Under the pieces are notes generated by a model, which was not told where the DNA came from, ran no database searches, and saw only the letters and a list, made by a program, of their open reading frames with translations. A stretch of DNA of 64,000 nucleotides from Thermoanaerobaculia bacterium (GTDB lineage Bacteria; Acidobacteriota; Thermoanaerobaculia; UBA5066; DATFVB01), in assembly GCA_035717485.1 (NCBI GenBank), contig DASTIQ010000071.1, positions 4,651 through 68,650 of the forward strand. The letters run 5' to 3'. The translations under genes were made by a program, and so were the position numbers. Below are positions 19,305-27,965 of the stretch, in pieces. The first letter of the stretch is position 1; each line of letters begins with the position of its first letter.

Positions 19305-19694
19305 TCACTTCGGAATCTCCCCTTTCGATTCGCGAGGCCGCAGCCCCCGGATTCCCTCCCAGCCGATCGCCAGGACGATCACCGAAAGCCCCGCGAGGCC
19401 CGCGAGGATATCGAATTCCTTCCACCTCAGGACCAGGGTCAGCAGCAGGAGGATTCCGAGAAACCCCATCGCCGGAACGGCCACGTCCGAGAATCGCATT
19501 CCGGTTCTGGGGGCGAGGAACCCTCCCATCACCTTTTCCAGAACGAAAAAGTTGAATATAACGATGGCCGCTCCGATCGTCAAGGAGACGCCGGCGCGCG
19601 GCCCGAACGCGGCGAACGCGCCGGCCGCGCCGATTCCGGAGAGCAGCAACGCCGTCCGTTTGACCCGCCGGAGCACCGAATCCGCGGCCGTCAC
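19305..19694 (-). CDS. atpI: ATP synthase protein I-like membrane protein
   Basis: 129 aa with 3-4 TM helices, positioned between atpZ and atpB. GTG at 19694 overlaps the atpZ stop (GTGA). Confidence 0.6.
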   Translation of the reverse strand: MTAADSVLRRVKRTALLLSGIGAAGAFAAFGPRAGVSLTIGAAIVIFNFFVLEKVMGGFLAPRTGMRFSDVAVPAMGFLGILLLLTLVLRWKEFDILAGLAGLSVIVLAIGWEGIRGLRPRESKGEIPK

Positions 19695-19921
19695 GAAGGC
19701 CCCCGGCGGTCTTCCTCGTCGGCCTCGCGCGAGATCTTGAACAGGTTCCAGAATCCGGCCGCGATCCCGAGGGCACCGCCCGCATACGAGCCCCAGGGAG
19801 CCCATCCGAACAGACGGTCCGCGCCCTTTCCGAGAAAGTATCCGGCGACGATGCACGCGGGGAAAGCGATCCCGAGCGTGATCGCGTCGGCGGCGGCGCG
19901 GAAACGGGGCGTCGGGCTCAT
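19691..19921 (-). CDS. atpZ: AtpZ/AtpI family protein (putative F0F1-ATPase accessory subunit)
   Basis: 76 aa with two TM helices (ITLGIAFPACIVAGYFLGKGADRLFG ... GGALGIAAGFWNLF), the typical AtpZ pattern. First gene of the atp block. Confidence 0.65.
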   Translation of the reverse strand: MSPTPRFRAAADAITLGIAFPACIVAGYFLGKGADRLFGWAPWGSYAGGALGIAAGFWNLFKISREADEEDRRGPS

Positions 19922-20147
19922 GTGCGGATTCTTTCACTGTCCGCATGGTCGCTGCGGCGATTCATCCGGCTGACCGGCCCACGGCCCTAATACACGGCGA
20001 TATTCGCGGCGCCGCGCGTCAGGCGCGAGCGAGACGGGAGGCGGGTCGCCCGGCCCGCGGCCGAGCCGTACCGGCGGCGGCGTACGGCGAGCGCCGCGGG
20101 CGGGCGCACGCGCCCGCATTCGCTCGATGCATGGCGCGCCGCCGATC

Positions 20148-21584
20148 CTAGAGGCCGCAGCGCTGAATGATCGCGATGAACGGCTGGGGGGCGAGGCCGA
20201 TCACCATCGTCATCACGGCGCACACGCCCGCGGACAGGGTCACCCCGGGCGAGCTCCGGAGCGGCGCCGGCTCCCCTTCCGCGAGGTACATCGCCATCAC
20301 GATGCGGAAGTAATAGAAGAGCGACACGGCGGACGCGAGCACCGCGAGGACGGCGAGACCCGGGTATCCGGCGTTGACCGCCACGGCGAAGAGGTAGTAC
20401 TTCCCGATGAACCCGCCGGTCGTCGGAATTCCCGCCAGCGACAGGAGGAAGATCAGCATCACGCCCGCGAGGAGCGGATTTCGGCGCGCGAGGCCCTTCC
20501 AGTCGTCGATCGATTCCCCTGCATAGCCCCGCGACTCGAGGAAGATGACGAGCGCGAACGCGCCGAAGTTCATGAAGGTGTACACGAGGAGGTAGATCTG
20601 GATCGCCGCGACGCCGCCGTGCTCGAAGCCGAGCACGCCGAGGAGCGCATAGCCGGCGTTGGCGATCGAGGAGTAGGCGAGGAGCCGCTTGACGTTCGTC
20701 TGGAGCAGCGCCGCGACGTTCCCCACGACCAGCGTCGCCGCGGCCGAAATCGCGACGACGAGCTTCCAGTCCGTGGCGAAGTGCGGCAGCGCCACGTAGA
20801 AGATCCGCGCGAGGATCGCGTACGCGCCCGCCTTGGGTCCGACCGACAGGAACGCCGTGATCGGCGTCGGCGCGCCCTCGTACACGTCCGGCGCCCAGAC
20901 GTGGAAGGGCACCGCGGCGATCTTGAACAGGATCCCGAAGAGGAGCAGGAGCACGCCGATCGTGAGGATCCGGTTCGCCGGCGCCGCCGAAAACGCGGTC
21001 GCGAGGTCCAGGAGCCCCATCTTTCCCGAGAACCCGTACAGGAGCGAGATCCCGTAAAGGAGGACGCCGGAAGAGAAGGCGCCGAGGATGAAGTACTTCG
21101 TCGCCGCCTCCGTCGATTTCACCTGGTCCTTGAAGTAGCCGGCGAGCACGTACGAGGAGAGCGCCATCAGCTCGAGGCTGACGTAGATCGACGCCAGGCT
21201 GTCCCCCGACGCCATGAACATCGTTCCGACGGTCGCGAAGAGCACGAGGCCGTAGTACTCCCCCGCCGGATACGTCGCCTCTCCGACGAACCGCACGGAC
21301 GAGAGGATCGTGAGCGCGGCGGAAAGCAGCACGAGGAGCTTGAAGAAGATCGAGAAGTTGTCGGCGACGAACATCCCGCCGAGGATGGGCGCGGAGCGGG
21401 ACGGATCCTTCCAGAGCACCGCGAGCAGGCCCGCGGTCCCGACGACTCCGGCGAGCGCCACCGCGGCGAGCATCTTCTCCCGCGCCTTCGACGTGAAGAC
21501 CGCCAGGCAGAGGATGAGCGAAGCGACCGCCGAGAGCAGCAGCTCCGGCGACAGCAGCAGCCAGTCGTGGGGACGGATCGTCAT
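20148..21584 (-). CDS. nuoN: NADH-quinone oxidoreductase subunit N
   Basis: ATG at 21584 overlaps the nuoM stop (ATGA). Antiporter-like profile (FKIAAVPFHVWAPDVYEGAPTPITAFLSVGPKAG, LLAYSSIANAGY). Confidence 0.92.
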   Translation of the reverse strand: MTIRPHDWLLLSPELLLSAVASLILCLAVFTSKAREKMLAAVALAGVVGTAGLLAVLWKDPSRSAPILGGMFVADNFSIFFKLLVLLSAALTILSSVRFVGEATYPAGEYYGLVLFATVGTMFMASGDSLASIYVSLELMALSSYVLAGYFKDQVKSTEAATKYFILGAFSSGVLLYGISLLYGFSGKMGLLDLATAFSAAPANRILTIGVLLLLFGILFKIAAVPFHVWAPDVYEGAPTPITAFLSVGPKAGAYAILARIFYVALPHFATDWKLVVAISAAATLVVGNVAALLQTNVKRLLAYSSIANAGYALLGVLGFEHGGVAAIQIYLLVYTFMNFGAFALVIFLESRGYAGESIDDWKGLARRNPLLAGVMLIFLLSLAGIPTTGGFIGKYYLFAVAVNAGYPGLAVLAVLASAVSLFYYFRIVMAMYLAEGEPAPLRSSPGVTLSAGVCAVMTMVIGLAPQPFIAIIQRCGL

Positions 21585-23251
21585 CGGACGGCCGCCGCCG
21601 CTTTCCGAGTTGCCGGCGAGGCGACGAGGACCGTTGCCGGCGAGGCGGCGAGGGCCGCCGCCGGCGAGGCGGCGGCAGATGCTGCCGGCGAGGCCAGCGA
21701 CGCCGTCTGCGCGGCGGGCTTCGAGGCGCCGTCGATCGCGGCGACGATCCGGTCGACGGGCCGGGCGATCACGTCGAAGAACGGCTGCGGGTAGAGGCCG
21801 ATCCAGAGCGCGCAGGCCACGAGCGGGATCAGCGTCCACTGTTCGCGGGCGTTCATGTCCGGGAGCTTCTGGTTGGCGGGGTTCGAGAGCTCGCCGAAGA
21901 AGACCCGCTGGTACAGCCACAGCAGGTACGCCGCCCCGAGGACGACGCCCCAGAGCGCCCAGAACGCGAACCAGGGGTTGCGGAGGTAGGCGCCGTTCAG
22001 GATCGTGAACTCTCCGACGAAACCGTTCAGCAGCGGGAGCCCCATCGACGACATCGCCATGACGAGGAAGAAGACCGCGTAGATCGGCATCTGCTTCGCG
22101 AGGCCGCCGTACTCCGCGATCATGCGCGTGTGCCGGCGCTCGTAGACGATGCCGACGAGGAGGAAGAGCGCGCCGGTCGAGATGCCGTGATTGATCATCT
22201 GGAGGATCCCGCCCCGCAGGCCCGCGGGATTGAGCGCGAAGACGCCGAGCATCACGAAACCGAGGTGCGACACCGACGAGTACGCGACGAGCTTTTTCAT
22301 GTCCTTCTGGACCAGGGAAACCATCGCGCCGTAGATGATCCCGATGATCGAGATCGCGATCATCAGGATCGCCACCCAGTGAGTCGTGATCGCGCCGGGG
22401 AACATGGGGAGCGAGAAGCGGACGAACCCGTACGTCCCCATCTTCAGCAGGACGCCCGCGAGGATCACGGAGCCGGCCGTCGGCGCCTCCACGTGGGCGT
22501 CGGGGAGCCACGTGTGGAAGGGGAACATCGGCACCTTGATCGCGAATCCGAAGAAGAACGCGAAGAAGAGGAGGATCTGGAAGTAGACGGGCATCGACGG
22601 CGTGAGCGCCGTCAGCGTCGGAATGTCGAACGTCGGAGCGTTCCCGAGCCCTTTCATTCCGAGGACGCCGGTCGTGTTGTAGAAGTAGACGGCGATGATC
22701 CCGAGGAGCATCAGCACGGAGCCCGCGAGCGTGTACAGGAAGAACTTGATCGCGGCATAGAGCTTCCGGGGCCCGCCCCAGATGCCGATCAGGAAATACA
22801 TCGGGACGAGCATCACTTCCCAGAAGACGTAGAAGAGGAAGAAGTCGAGCGTCATGAACGTCCCGAGCATCCCCGTCTGCAGCAGGAGGAGGAAGACGTA
22901 GTACTCCTTCTGCCGCTCGTGGATGGCCGTGAACGACGAGTAGACGGAGATGAACCCGAGGAGCGTCGTCAGCAGGATCAGCAGAAGGGAGATCCCGTCG
23001 ATTCCGAAGTGGTATTTCACCCCCAGCGAAGGGATCCAGCTCGCGATCTCCTGGAACTGGAATCCGTCCTTCCCGCGGTCGAACCAGAACCAGAGCGGGA
23101 GGGAGATCACGAAGTCGAGGCCGGCGACGACGGTCGCCCAGAGCCGGATCGCCGAGGTCTTCTCCTTCGGGACGGCGAAGATCAGGAGGAGCGCCCCCGC
23201 GAGCGGGACGTAGGCGACGATCGACAGGATGTGCTGCTGAAAGAATGCCAT
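21581..23251 (-). CDS. nuoM: NADH-quinone oxidoreductase subunit M with Ala/Ser/Pro repeat tail
   Basis: Motifs FAIKVPMFPFHTWLPDAHVEAPTAGSVILAGVLLKMGTYG and LVAYSSVSHLGFV. The C-terminal ~50 residues are low-complexity. Confidence 0.92.
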   Translation of the reverse strand: MAFFQQHILSIVAYVPLAGALLLIFAVPKEKTSAIRLWATVVAGLDFVISLPLWFWFDRGKDGFQFQEIASWIPSLGVKYHFGIDGISLLLILLTTLLGFISVYSSFTAIHERQKEYYVFLLLLQTGMLGTFMTLDFFLFYVFWEVMLVPMYFLIGIWGGPRKLYAAIKFFLYTLAGSVLMLLGIIAVYFYNTTGVLGMKGLGNAPTFDIPTLTALTPSMPVYFQILLFFAFFFGFAIKVPMFPFHTWLPDAHVEAPTAGSVILAGVLLKMGTYGFVRFSLPMFPGAITTHWVAILMIAISIIGIIYGAMVSLVQKDMKKLVAYSSVSHLGFVMLGVFALNPAGLRGGILQMINHGISTGALFLLVGIVYERRHTRMIAEYGGLAKQMPIYAVFFLVMAMSSMGLPLLNGFVGEFTILNGAYLRNPWFAFWALWGVVLGAAYLLWLYQRVFFGELSNPANQKLPDMNAREQWTLIPLVACALWIGLYPQPFFDVIARPVDRIVAAIDGASKPAAQTASLASPAASAAASPAAALAASPATVLVASPATRKAAAAVR

Positions 23252-23265
23252 GCGTCAGTTCCTTC

Positions 23266-25458
23266 TCAACGCCAGATCAGGTACGCCGCGACGAGGAGGA
23301 GGAAACCTCCCCCCATCACGAACGCGTAGTTCTGCACGCGCCCCGTCTGCGCGCGCCGGAGCCCGCGGTAACCGGCCTGGAGCGTGCCGGCGACGCCGTT
23401 GACCATCCCGTCCACGACGTACTGGTCGAAGATCGAGGAGATCCAGGAGAGCGCCATCACGACGTTGCGGACGCCGTGGACGAAGAAGCCGTCGACGACC
23501 CGCGCGTCGAAGTCCCACAGGAACCGCCCGCCGCCCTTCCCGAGCCCCTCGACGAAGAGCGCGTCGTACGCCTCGTCGACGTAGTACTTGTTGAACACGA
23601 TCCGGTACGCCGCGGGGAACCGCTCCGCGAGCCGCCGCGGCCGCTCGAAGGCGCTCTCCCCCGTGTAGAAGCGCCACGCGATTCCGATCCCGATCACGGC
23701 GACGGTGACCGAGAAGACCATGAGCGCGGCTTCGGTGCCGTGCGACAGGTGCGCCTCGACCGCCTCGCCCGGAATCTCGAGGAAGATCGGCGACAGCCAG
23801 CGCGCGAGCGCGTGGGGAACGCCCACGATCCCGGAGAGCACCTCGGGGAGCCCGACGAAGCCGGCGAGGACCGCGCCGACGGCGAGGATCCGGAGGGGCC
23901 ACGTCATCGTGCCCGGGGATTCGTGCAGATGGTGCCTCTGCTCCTCCGTTCCCCGGAACGTCCCGGTGAACGTCATGAAGTAGCTGCGGAACATGTAGAA
24001 GGCGGTCATCACCGCCGCGACGATCGCGATCCCCCACAGGAAGACGCGGTGGTGGCCGAACGTCTCGCCGAGGATCTCGTCCTTCGAGAAGAATCCGGCG
24101 AAGGGGAAGATGCCCGCGATCGCCAGCGTCGAGACGAGGTACGTCCAGCGCGTGGTCGGCAACGCCTCCTTCAGCCCGCCCATCTTCCGCATGTCCTGCT
24201 CCCCCGCCATCGCGTGGATCACGGAGCCCGATCCGAGGAAGAGACACGCCTTGAAGAACGCGTGGGTGAAGACGTGGAAGATGCCGCCGACGAACGCGCC
24301 GACGCCGCATCCGAGGAACATGTAGCCGAGCTGGGAGATCGTCGAGTAGGCCAGCACTTTCTTGATGTCGTTCTGGACGAGCGCCATCGACGCGGCGAGG
24401 ATCGCCGTGACGCAGCCGACGATCGCGACGACGTTCATCGCCGCGGGCGCAATCCGGAAGAGCACGTTGCACCGGACGACCATGTAGATGCCGGCCGTGA
24501 CCATCGTCGCCGCGTGGATCAGGGCGGACACGGGCGTCGGCCCCGCCATCGCGTCCGGCAGCCAGACGTAGAGGGGCACCTGCGCGGACTTCCCCATCGC
24601 CCCGACGAAGAGGCAGAGGCAGATCACGGTCGCCCAGGGCGCGAACCGCTCGGGATGCGCCGCGGCCGCCGGGAAGACGCTCCCGAAATCGAGCGAGCCG
24701 AAGATCGCGAAGATCCCGAAGATCCCGAGCGCGAAACCGAGATCGCCGATGCGGTTCACGACGAAGGCCTTCTTCCCCGCGTCGGCGGCGAAGTCTTTCT
24801 CGTAGTAGTAGCCGATGAGCAGGTAGGAACAGAGTCCCACGCCCTCCCACCCGGTGAACATCACGACGAAGTTCGCGCCGAGCACGAGGAGGAGCATCGA
24901 GAACATGAACAGGTTCAGGTACGCGAAGAAGCGGCCGAAGCCCTCCTCGTGCCCCATGTACCCGACCGAATAGACGTGGATGAGGAAGCCGACGAAGGTG
25001 ACGAAGGAGATCATCAGCGCCGAGAGCGGATCGAGCCGGAAGGCCCAGTCGACCGAGAACGCGGCCGTTCCCCCTCCCCGCAGCGCGTTGACCCCCTGCG
25101 GGATCCACGTCGCGATCCTCACGACGTGCGCGTGGGCGAGACCTTCCGTCTTCACCCAGTCCAGGATCGCCGCGAACGCGAGGAGGCACGAGAGGCCCGT
25201 CGTCGCGAGCGAGACGAACACGTGCGCGCCCTTGAACGGAACGTGCGGGTGCTGGTCGACGTGCGCCGACGGCGCGGACGCGTGCGGCGGGGCGTCGTCG
25301 CCCGTTGCCGGAGACGGCGCCGCTTTCGCTTCCGTCGAGTGCGCCTCGTGGCCGTGCTGCGGCTCGCCGTGCGTGCGATGCGAAACGAGATAGAGGATCC
25401 CGTTGACGAGGACCCCGGCGAGCGGGAGGACCGGGATCAGCCAGAGCAGGTCGCGCAC
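23266..25458 (-). CDS. nuoL: NADH-quinone oxidoreductase subunit L
   Basis: Motifs GAMGKSAQVPLYVWLPDAMAGPTPVSALIHAATMVTAG and LAYSTISQLGYMF, plus a C-terminal lateral-helix region. A His-rich insertion follows TM1. Confidence 0.92.
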   Translation of the reverse strand: MRDLLWLIPVLPLAGVLVNGILYLVSHRTHGEPQHGHEAHSTEAKAAPSPATGDDAPPHASAPSAHVDQHPHVPFKGAHVFVSLATTGLSCLLAFAAILDWVKTEGLAHAHVVRIATWIPQGVNALRGGGTAAFSVDWAFRLDPLSALMISFVTFVGFLIHVYSVGYMGHEEGFGRFFAYLNLFMFSMLLLVLGANFVVMFTGWEGVGLCSYLLIGYYYEKDFAADAGKKAFVVNRIGDLGFALGIFGIFAIFGSLDFGSVFPAAAAHPERFAPWATVICLCLFVGAMGKSAQVPLYVWLPDAMAGPTPVSALIHAATMVTAGIYMVVRCNVLFRIAPAAMNVVAIVGCVTAILAASMALVQNDIKKVLAYSTISQLGYMFLGCGVGAFVGGIFHVFTHAFFKACLFLGSGSVIHAMAGEQDMRKMGGLKEALPTTRWTYLVSTLAIAGIFPFAGFFSKDEILGETFGHHRVFLWGIAIVAAVMTAFYMFRSYFMTFTGTFRGTEEQRHHLHESPGTMTWPLRILAVGAVLAGFVGLPEVLSGIVGVPHALARWLSPIFLEIPGEAVEAHLSHGTEAALMVFSVTVAVIGIGIAWRFYTGESAFERPRRLAERFPAAYRIVFNKYYVDEAYDALFVEGLGKGGGRFLWDFDARVVDGFFVHGVRNVVMALSWISSIFDQYVVDGMVNGVAGTLQAGYRGLRRAQTGRVQNYAFVMGGGFLLLVAAYLIWR

Positions 25459-25462
25459 CGCG

Positions 25463-25768
25463 TCAGCCCTCCATCGTGTCGGCTTCGTCGACGTTCAACG
25501 TCTTCCGCTGCCGGTAGAGGGAGATGATGATCGCGAGGCCGATCGCCGCCTCGCCCGCCGCGATCGTGATCACGAAGACGGAGAAGATCTGCCCGGTCAG
25601 GTCGCTGAGCCGTCTCGAGAACGCGATCAGGTTCAGGTTCACCGCGTTCAGCATCAGCTCGATCGACATCAGGACCGTCAGGAAATTCCGCCGCACGAGC
25701 ACTCCCACGAACCCGATCGTGAAGATCAGGAACGACAGAGCGAGGTAGTCGTTGATCGTGACGTTCAT
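25463..25768 (-). CDS. nuoK: NADH-quinone oxidoreductase subunit K
   Basis: 101 aa with 3 TM helices. Conserved LMSIELMLNAVNLN and VITIAAGEAAIGLAI. Confidence 0.92.
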   Translation of the reverse strand: MNVTINDYLALSFLIFTIGFVGVLVRRNFLTVLMSIELMLNAVNLNLIAFSRRLSDLTGQIFSVFVITIAAGEAAIGLAIIISLYRQRKTLNVDEADTMEG

Positions 25769-25790
25769 CGGCGAATCCTCCCGGCCCCCA

Positions 25791-26345
25791 TCAGTCCATC
25801 TTCTCGACGGACCGGCGCCCGAGCACGACCGCGCCGACGATCGCGACCAGGAGGAACACGGAGGCGATCTCGAACGGCAGGAGGTACTCGCGGTAGAGGC
25901 CCCAGGCGACCGCCTGGCTGTTGCCGAGGACCCGTCCCGCGACCGTGCGGAACGCGTCGGGGGAGAACGGCGCCGCTCCGCCGATCGGGTCGAGCACGAG
26001 CTGCGCGTCGAAGAGGACGTTCAGGACGAATCCGAGGACGACCGCGGCGACGATCTGCTTCTGGTAGGGCTCCGTCTGCGGCAGCCGCTGGACGTTGACG
26101 AGCATGATCACGAAGAGGAAGAGCACCATGATCCCGCCCGCGTAGACGAGGATCTGGACGGCGCCCACGAACTCGGCGCTCTCGAGGAAGAAGATCCCGG
26201 CGACCATCAGGAAGGTCGCCAGGAGGAAGAGCGCCGAATGGATCGGGTTCCGGGCGAGCACCACCGAGATCGCGCAAACGACCGCGACGAGGGCGAAGAT
26301 CGCGAAGATCCCGCCGGAGAGCCCGGTGAGGAGCGCGTCGGTCAC
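25791..26345 (-). CDS. nuoJ: NADH-quinone oxidoreductase subunit J
   Basis: Motifs NPIHSALFLLATFLMVAGIFFLESAEFVGAVQILVYAGGIMVLFLFVIML. Confidence 0.9.
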   Translation of the reverse strand: MTDALLTGLSGGIFAIFALVAVVCAISVVLARNPIHSALFLLATFLMVAGIFFLESAEFVGAVQILVYAGGIMVLFLFVIMLVNVQRLPQTEPYQKQIVAAVVLGFVLNVLFDAQLVLDPIGGAAPFSPDAFRTVAGRVLGNSQAVAWGLYREYLLPFEIASVFLLVAIVGAVVLGRRSVEKMD

Positions 26346-26349
26346 TTCT

Positions 26350-26829
26350 TCACTTCCCCTGCTCGGTGATCGTGAACGGCTTCACGTTCTCGTCCCACTC
26401 GGTGAGCTTGTCGATTCCCAGGTAGAGCGCCTCGTTCCGCTCGTACGTCGCGAGCTCGTACGTCTTCGTCGTGAGCCAGATCGACTTGGGAACGGTGGGG
26501 CAGGCTTCCTCGCAGAGCTGGCAGAACATGCAGCGCTTGAGATCCACGTCGAACCGGTCGAGCACCTTGACCGATTTCCCCGCCTCGTTCTTCTCGTTGT
26601 GCCAGTCGATGTAGATGATGTTGATCGGGCATTCGATCGCGCACAGCGTGCACTTGATGCACCGCTCCTCGTCGAGGCGGAACATGCCGCGGAATCGGTC
26701 GGAGGGCTCCTTCTTCTCCTCGGGGTACTGGATCGTCGTCTTCTTCGTGACGAGATGCCGCCCCGTGACGCCGAGCCCGTCGAAGAGGTCGAGGAGAGTG
26801 AGCCGGTCGAGCCATTTCTTGAGCTTCAC
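26350..26829 (-). CDS. nuoI: NADH-quinone oxidoreductase subunit I (2x[4Fe-4S])
   Basis: GTG at 26829 overlaps the nuoH stop (GTGA). Motifs CIKCTLCAIECP and CMFCQLCEEACP. Confidence 0.9.
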   Translation of the reverse strand: MKLKKWLDRLTLLDLFDGLGVTGRHLVTKKTTIQYPEEKKEPSDRFRGMFRLDEERCIKCTLCAIECPINIIYIDWHNEKNEAGKSVKVLDRFDVDLKRCMFCQLCEEACPTVPKSIWLTTKTYELATYERNEALYLGIDKLTEWDENVKPFTITEQGK

Positions 26830-27965
26830 GGGCGGGCCTCCGCCACGGCGAGCTTTCGCCGGAGCTTCGCGAGCAGGAAGAGGACGACGAAGAACGCGGT
26901 GAACACCCCGCCCAGAACCCGCAGTCCGCGGCCGTGGACGGTGTCGGCGAGCACGCAGCCGGCGACGACCATGATGTTGACCAGCGCCATCGGGATCAGC
27001 CATTTCCATCCGAGGTTCATCAGCTGGTCGAAGCGGTAGCGCGGGAAGGTCGAGCGGAACCAGATGTAGCAGAAGATGAAGAAGCCGACCTTCAGGAGGA
27101 ACCAGACGATCCCCGGCACCGCTCGCAGACCCGGGAGGAGATGCGGGAACGGCGGGAGCCATCCCCCGAAGAACAGCGTGACGGCGACCGAGGACACCAC
27201 GATCATGGCCGTGTACTCGCCGAGGAAATAGAACGCGAACTTGATCCCGGAATACTCCGTGTTGAAGCCGGAGACGAGCTCGGACTCCGCCTCCGGCAGG
27301 TCGAACGGATTGCGGTTCGTCTCCGCGACGCCCGAGACGAAGTAGAGGAAGAAGGAGAGGAGTCCCGGAAAGACGAACCAGAGGTGCAGCCGGTCCTGCA
27401 CGCGAACGATCTCGACGAGGGAGAGCGACCGCGACATGAGGAGCACGGCGACGATCGCGAGGCCCATCGGAACCTCGTAGGAAACGAGCTGCGCGGCGGA
27501 GCGGAGTCCGCCGAGGAGCGAGAACTTGTTGTTGGACGCCCAGCCTCCGAGGATGATCCCGTACACCCCGATCGAGGTGATCCCGAGGAGGAAGAGGAGC
27601 CCGACGTTCACGTCGGCGACCCAGAGCGGCGTCTCGACCCCGGCGATCCGGATGCTCTCGCCGAACGGGATGAGGGCGAGCGCGGTCAGGGCCGGGATGA
27701 CCGAGAGCACCGGCCCGAGGAAATGGCTCACTTTCTCGGCGCGGGTCGGCGTCAGGTCTTCCTTCGTCACGAGCTTCAGCAGGTCGGCGAGCCCCTGGAG
27801 GAGACCCTGCGGGCCGACGCGGTTGGGCCCGAGCCGCCCCTGCATGAATCCCATGATCCGGCGCTCCGCGTACACGATCACGAATCCGACGATCGCCGGC
27901 ACGACGAGGACGATCAGGAGGATCTTCACCGCCGTGAGAACGGTCTGGAGAGTGGCCGGGCTCAC
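26826..27965 (-). CDS. nuoH: NADH-quinone oxidoreductase subunit H
   Basis: GTG at 27965 overlaps the nuoD stop (GTGA). Motifs [65 protein letters not shown]. Confidence 0.92.
   Translation of the reverse strand: MSPATLQTVLTAVKILLIVLVVPAIVGFVIVYAERRIMGFMQGRLGPNRVGPQGLLQGLADLLKLVTKEDLTPTRAEKVSHFLGPVLSVIPALTALALIPFGESIRIAGVETPLWVADVNVGLLFLLGITSIGVYGIILGGWASNNKFSLLGGLRSAAQLVSYEVPMGLAIVAVLLMSRSLSLVEIVRVQDRLHLWFVFPGLLSFFLYFVSGVAETNRNPFDLPEAESELVSGFNTEYSGIKFAFYFLGEYTAMIVVSSVAVTLFFGGWLPPFPHLLPGLRAVPGIVWFLLKVGFFIFCYIWFRSTFPRYRFDQLMNLGWKWLIPMALVNIMVVAGCVLADTVHGRGLRVLGGVFTAFFVVLFLLAKLRRKLAVAEARP

Noticed and set aside
20066-20087. A possible third, degenerate copy of the 125-nt repeat after the nuoN TAG stop (hairpin CCGTAC-N10-GTACGG, similar to the CGTACGCC..CCGGTACG core).
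   Set aside because: Only the short hairpin motif and a few GC-rich words match. The diagnostic CGGACCATACGC...CCGTTAT and GCACGTCTGGCCGC blocks and the paired termini are absent. In sequence this GC-rich the resemblance may be chance.
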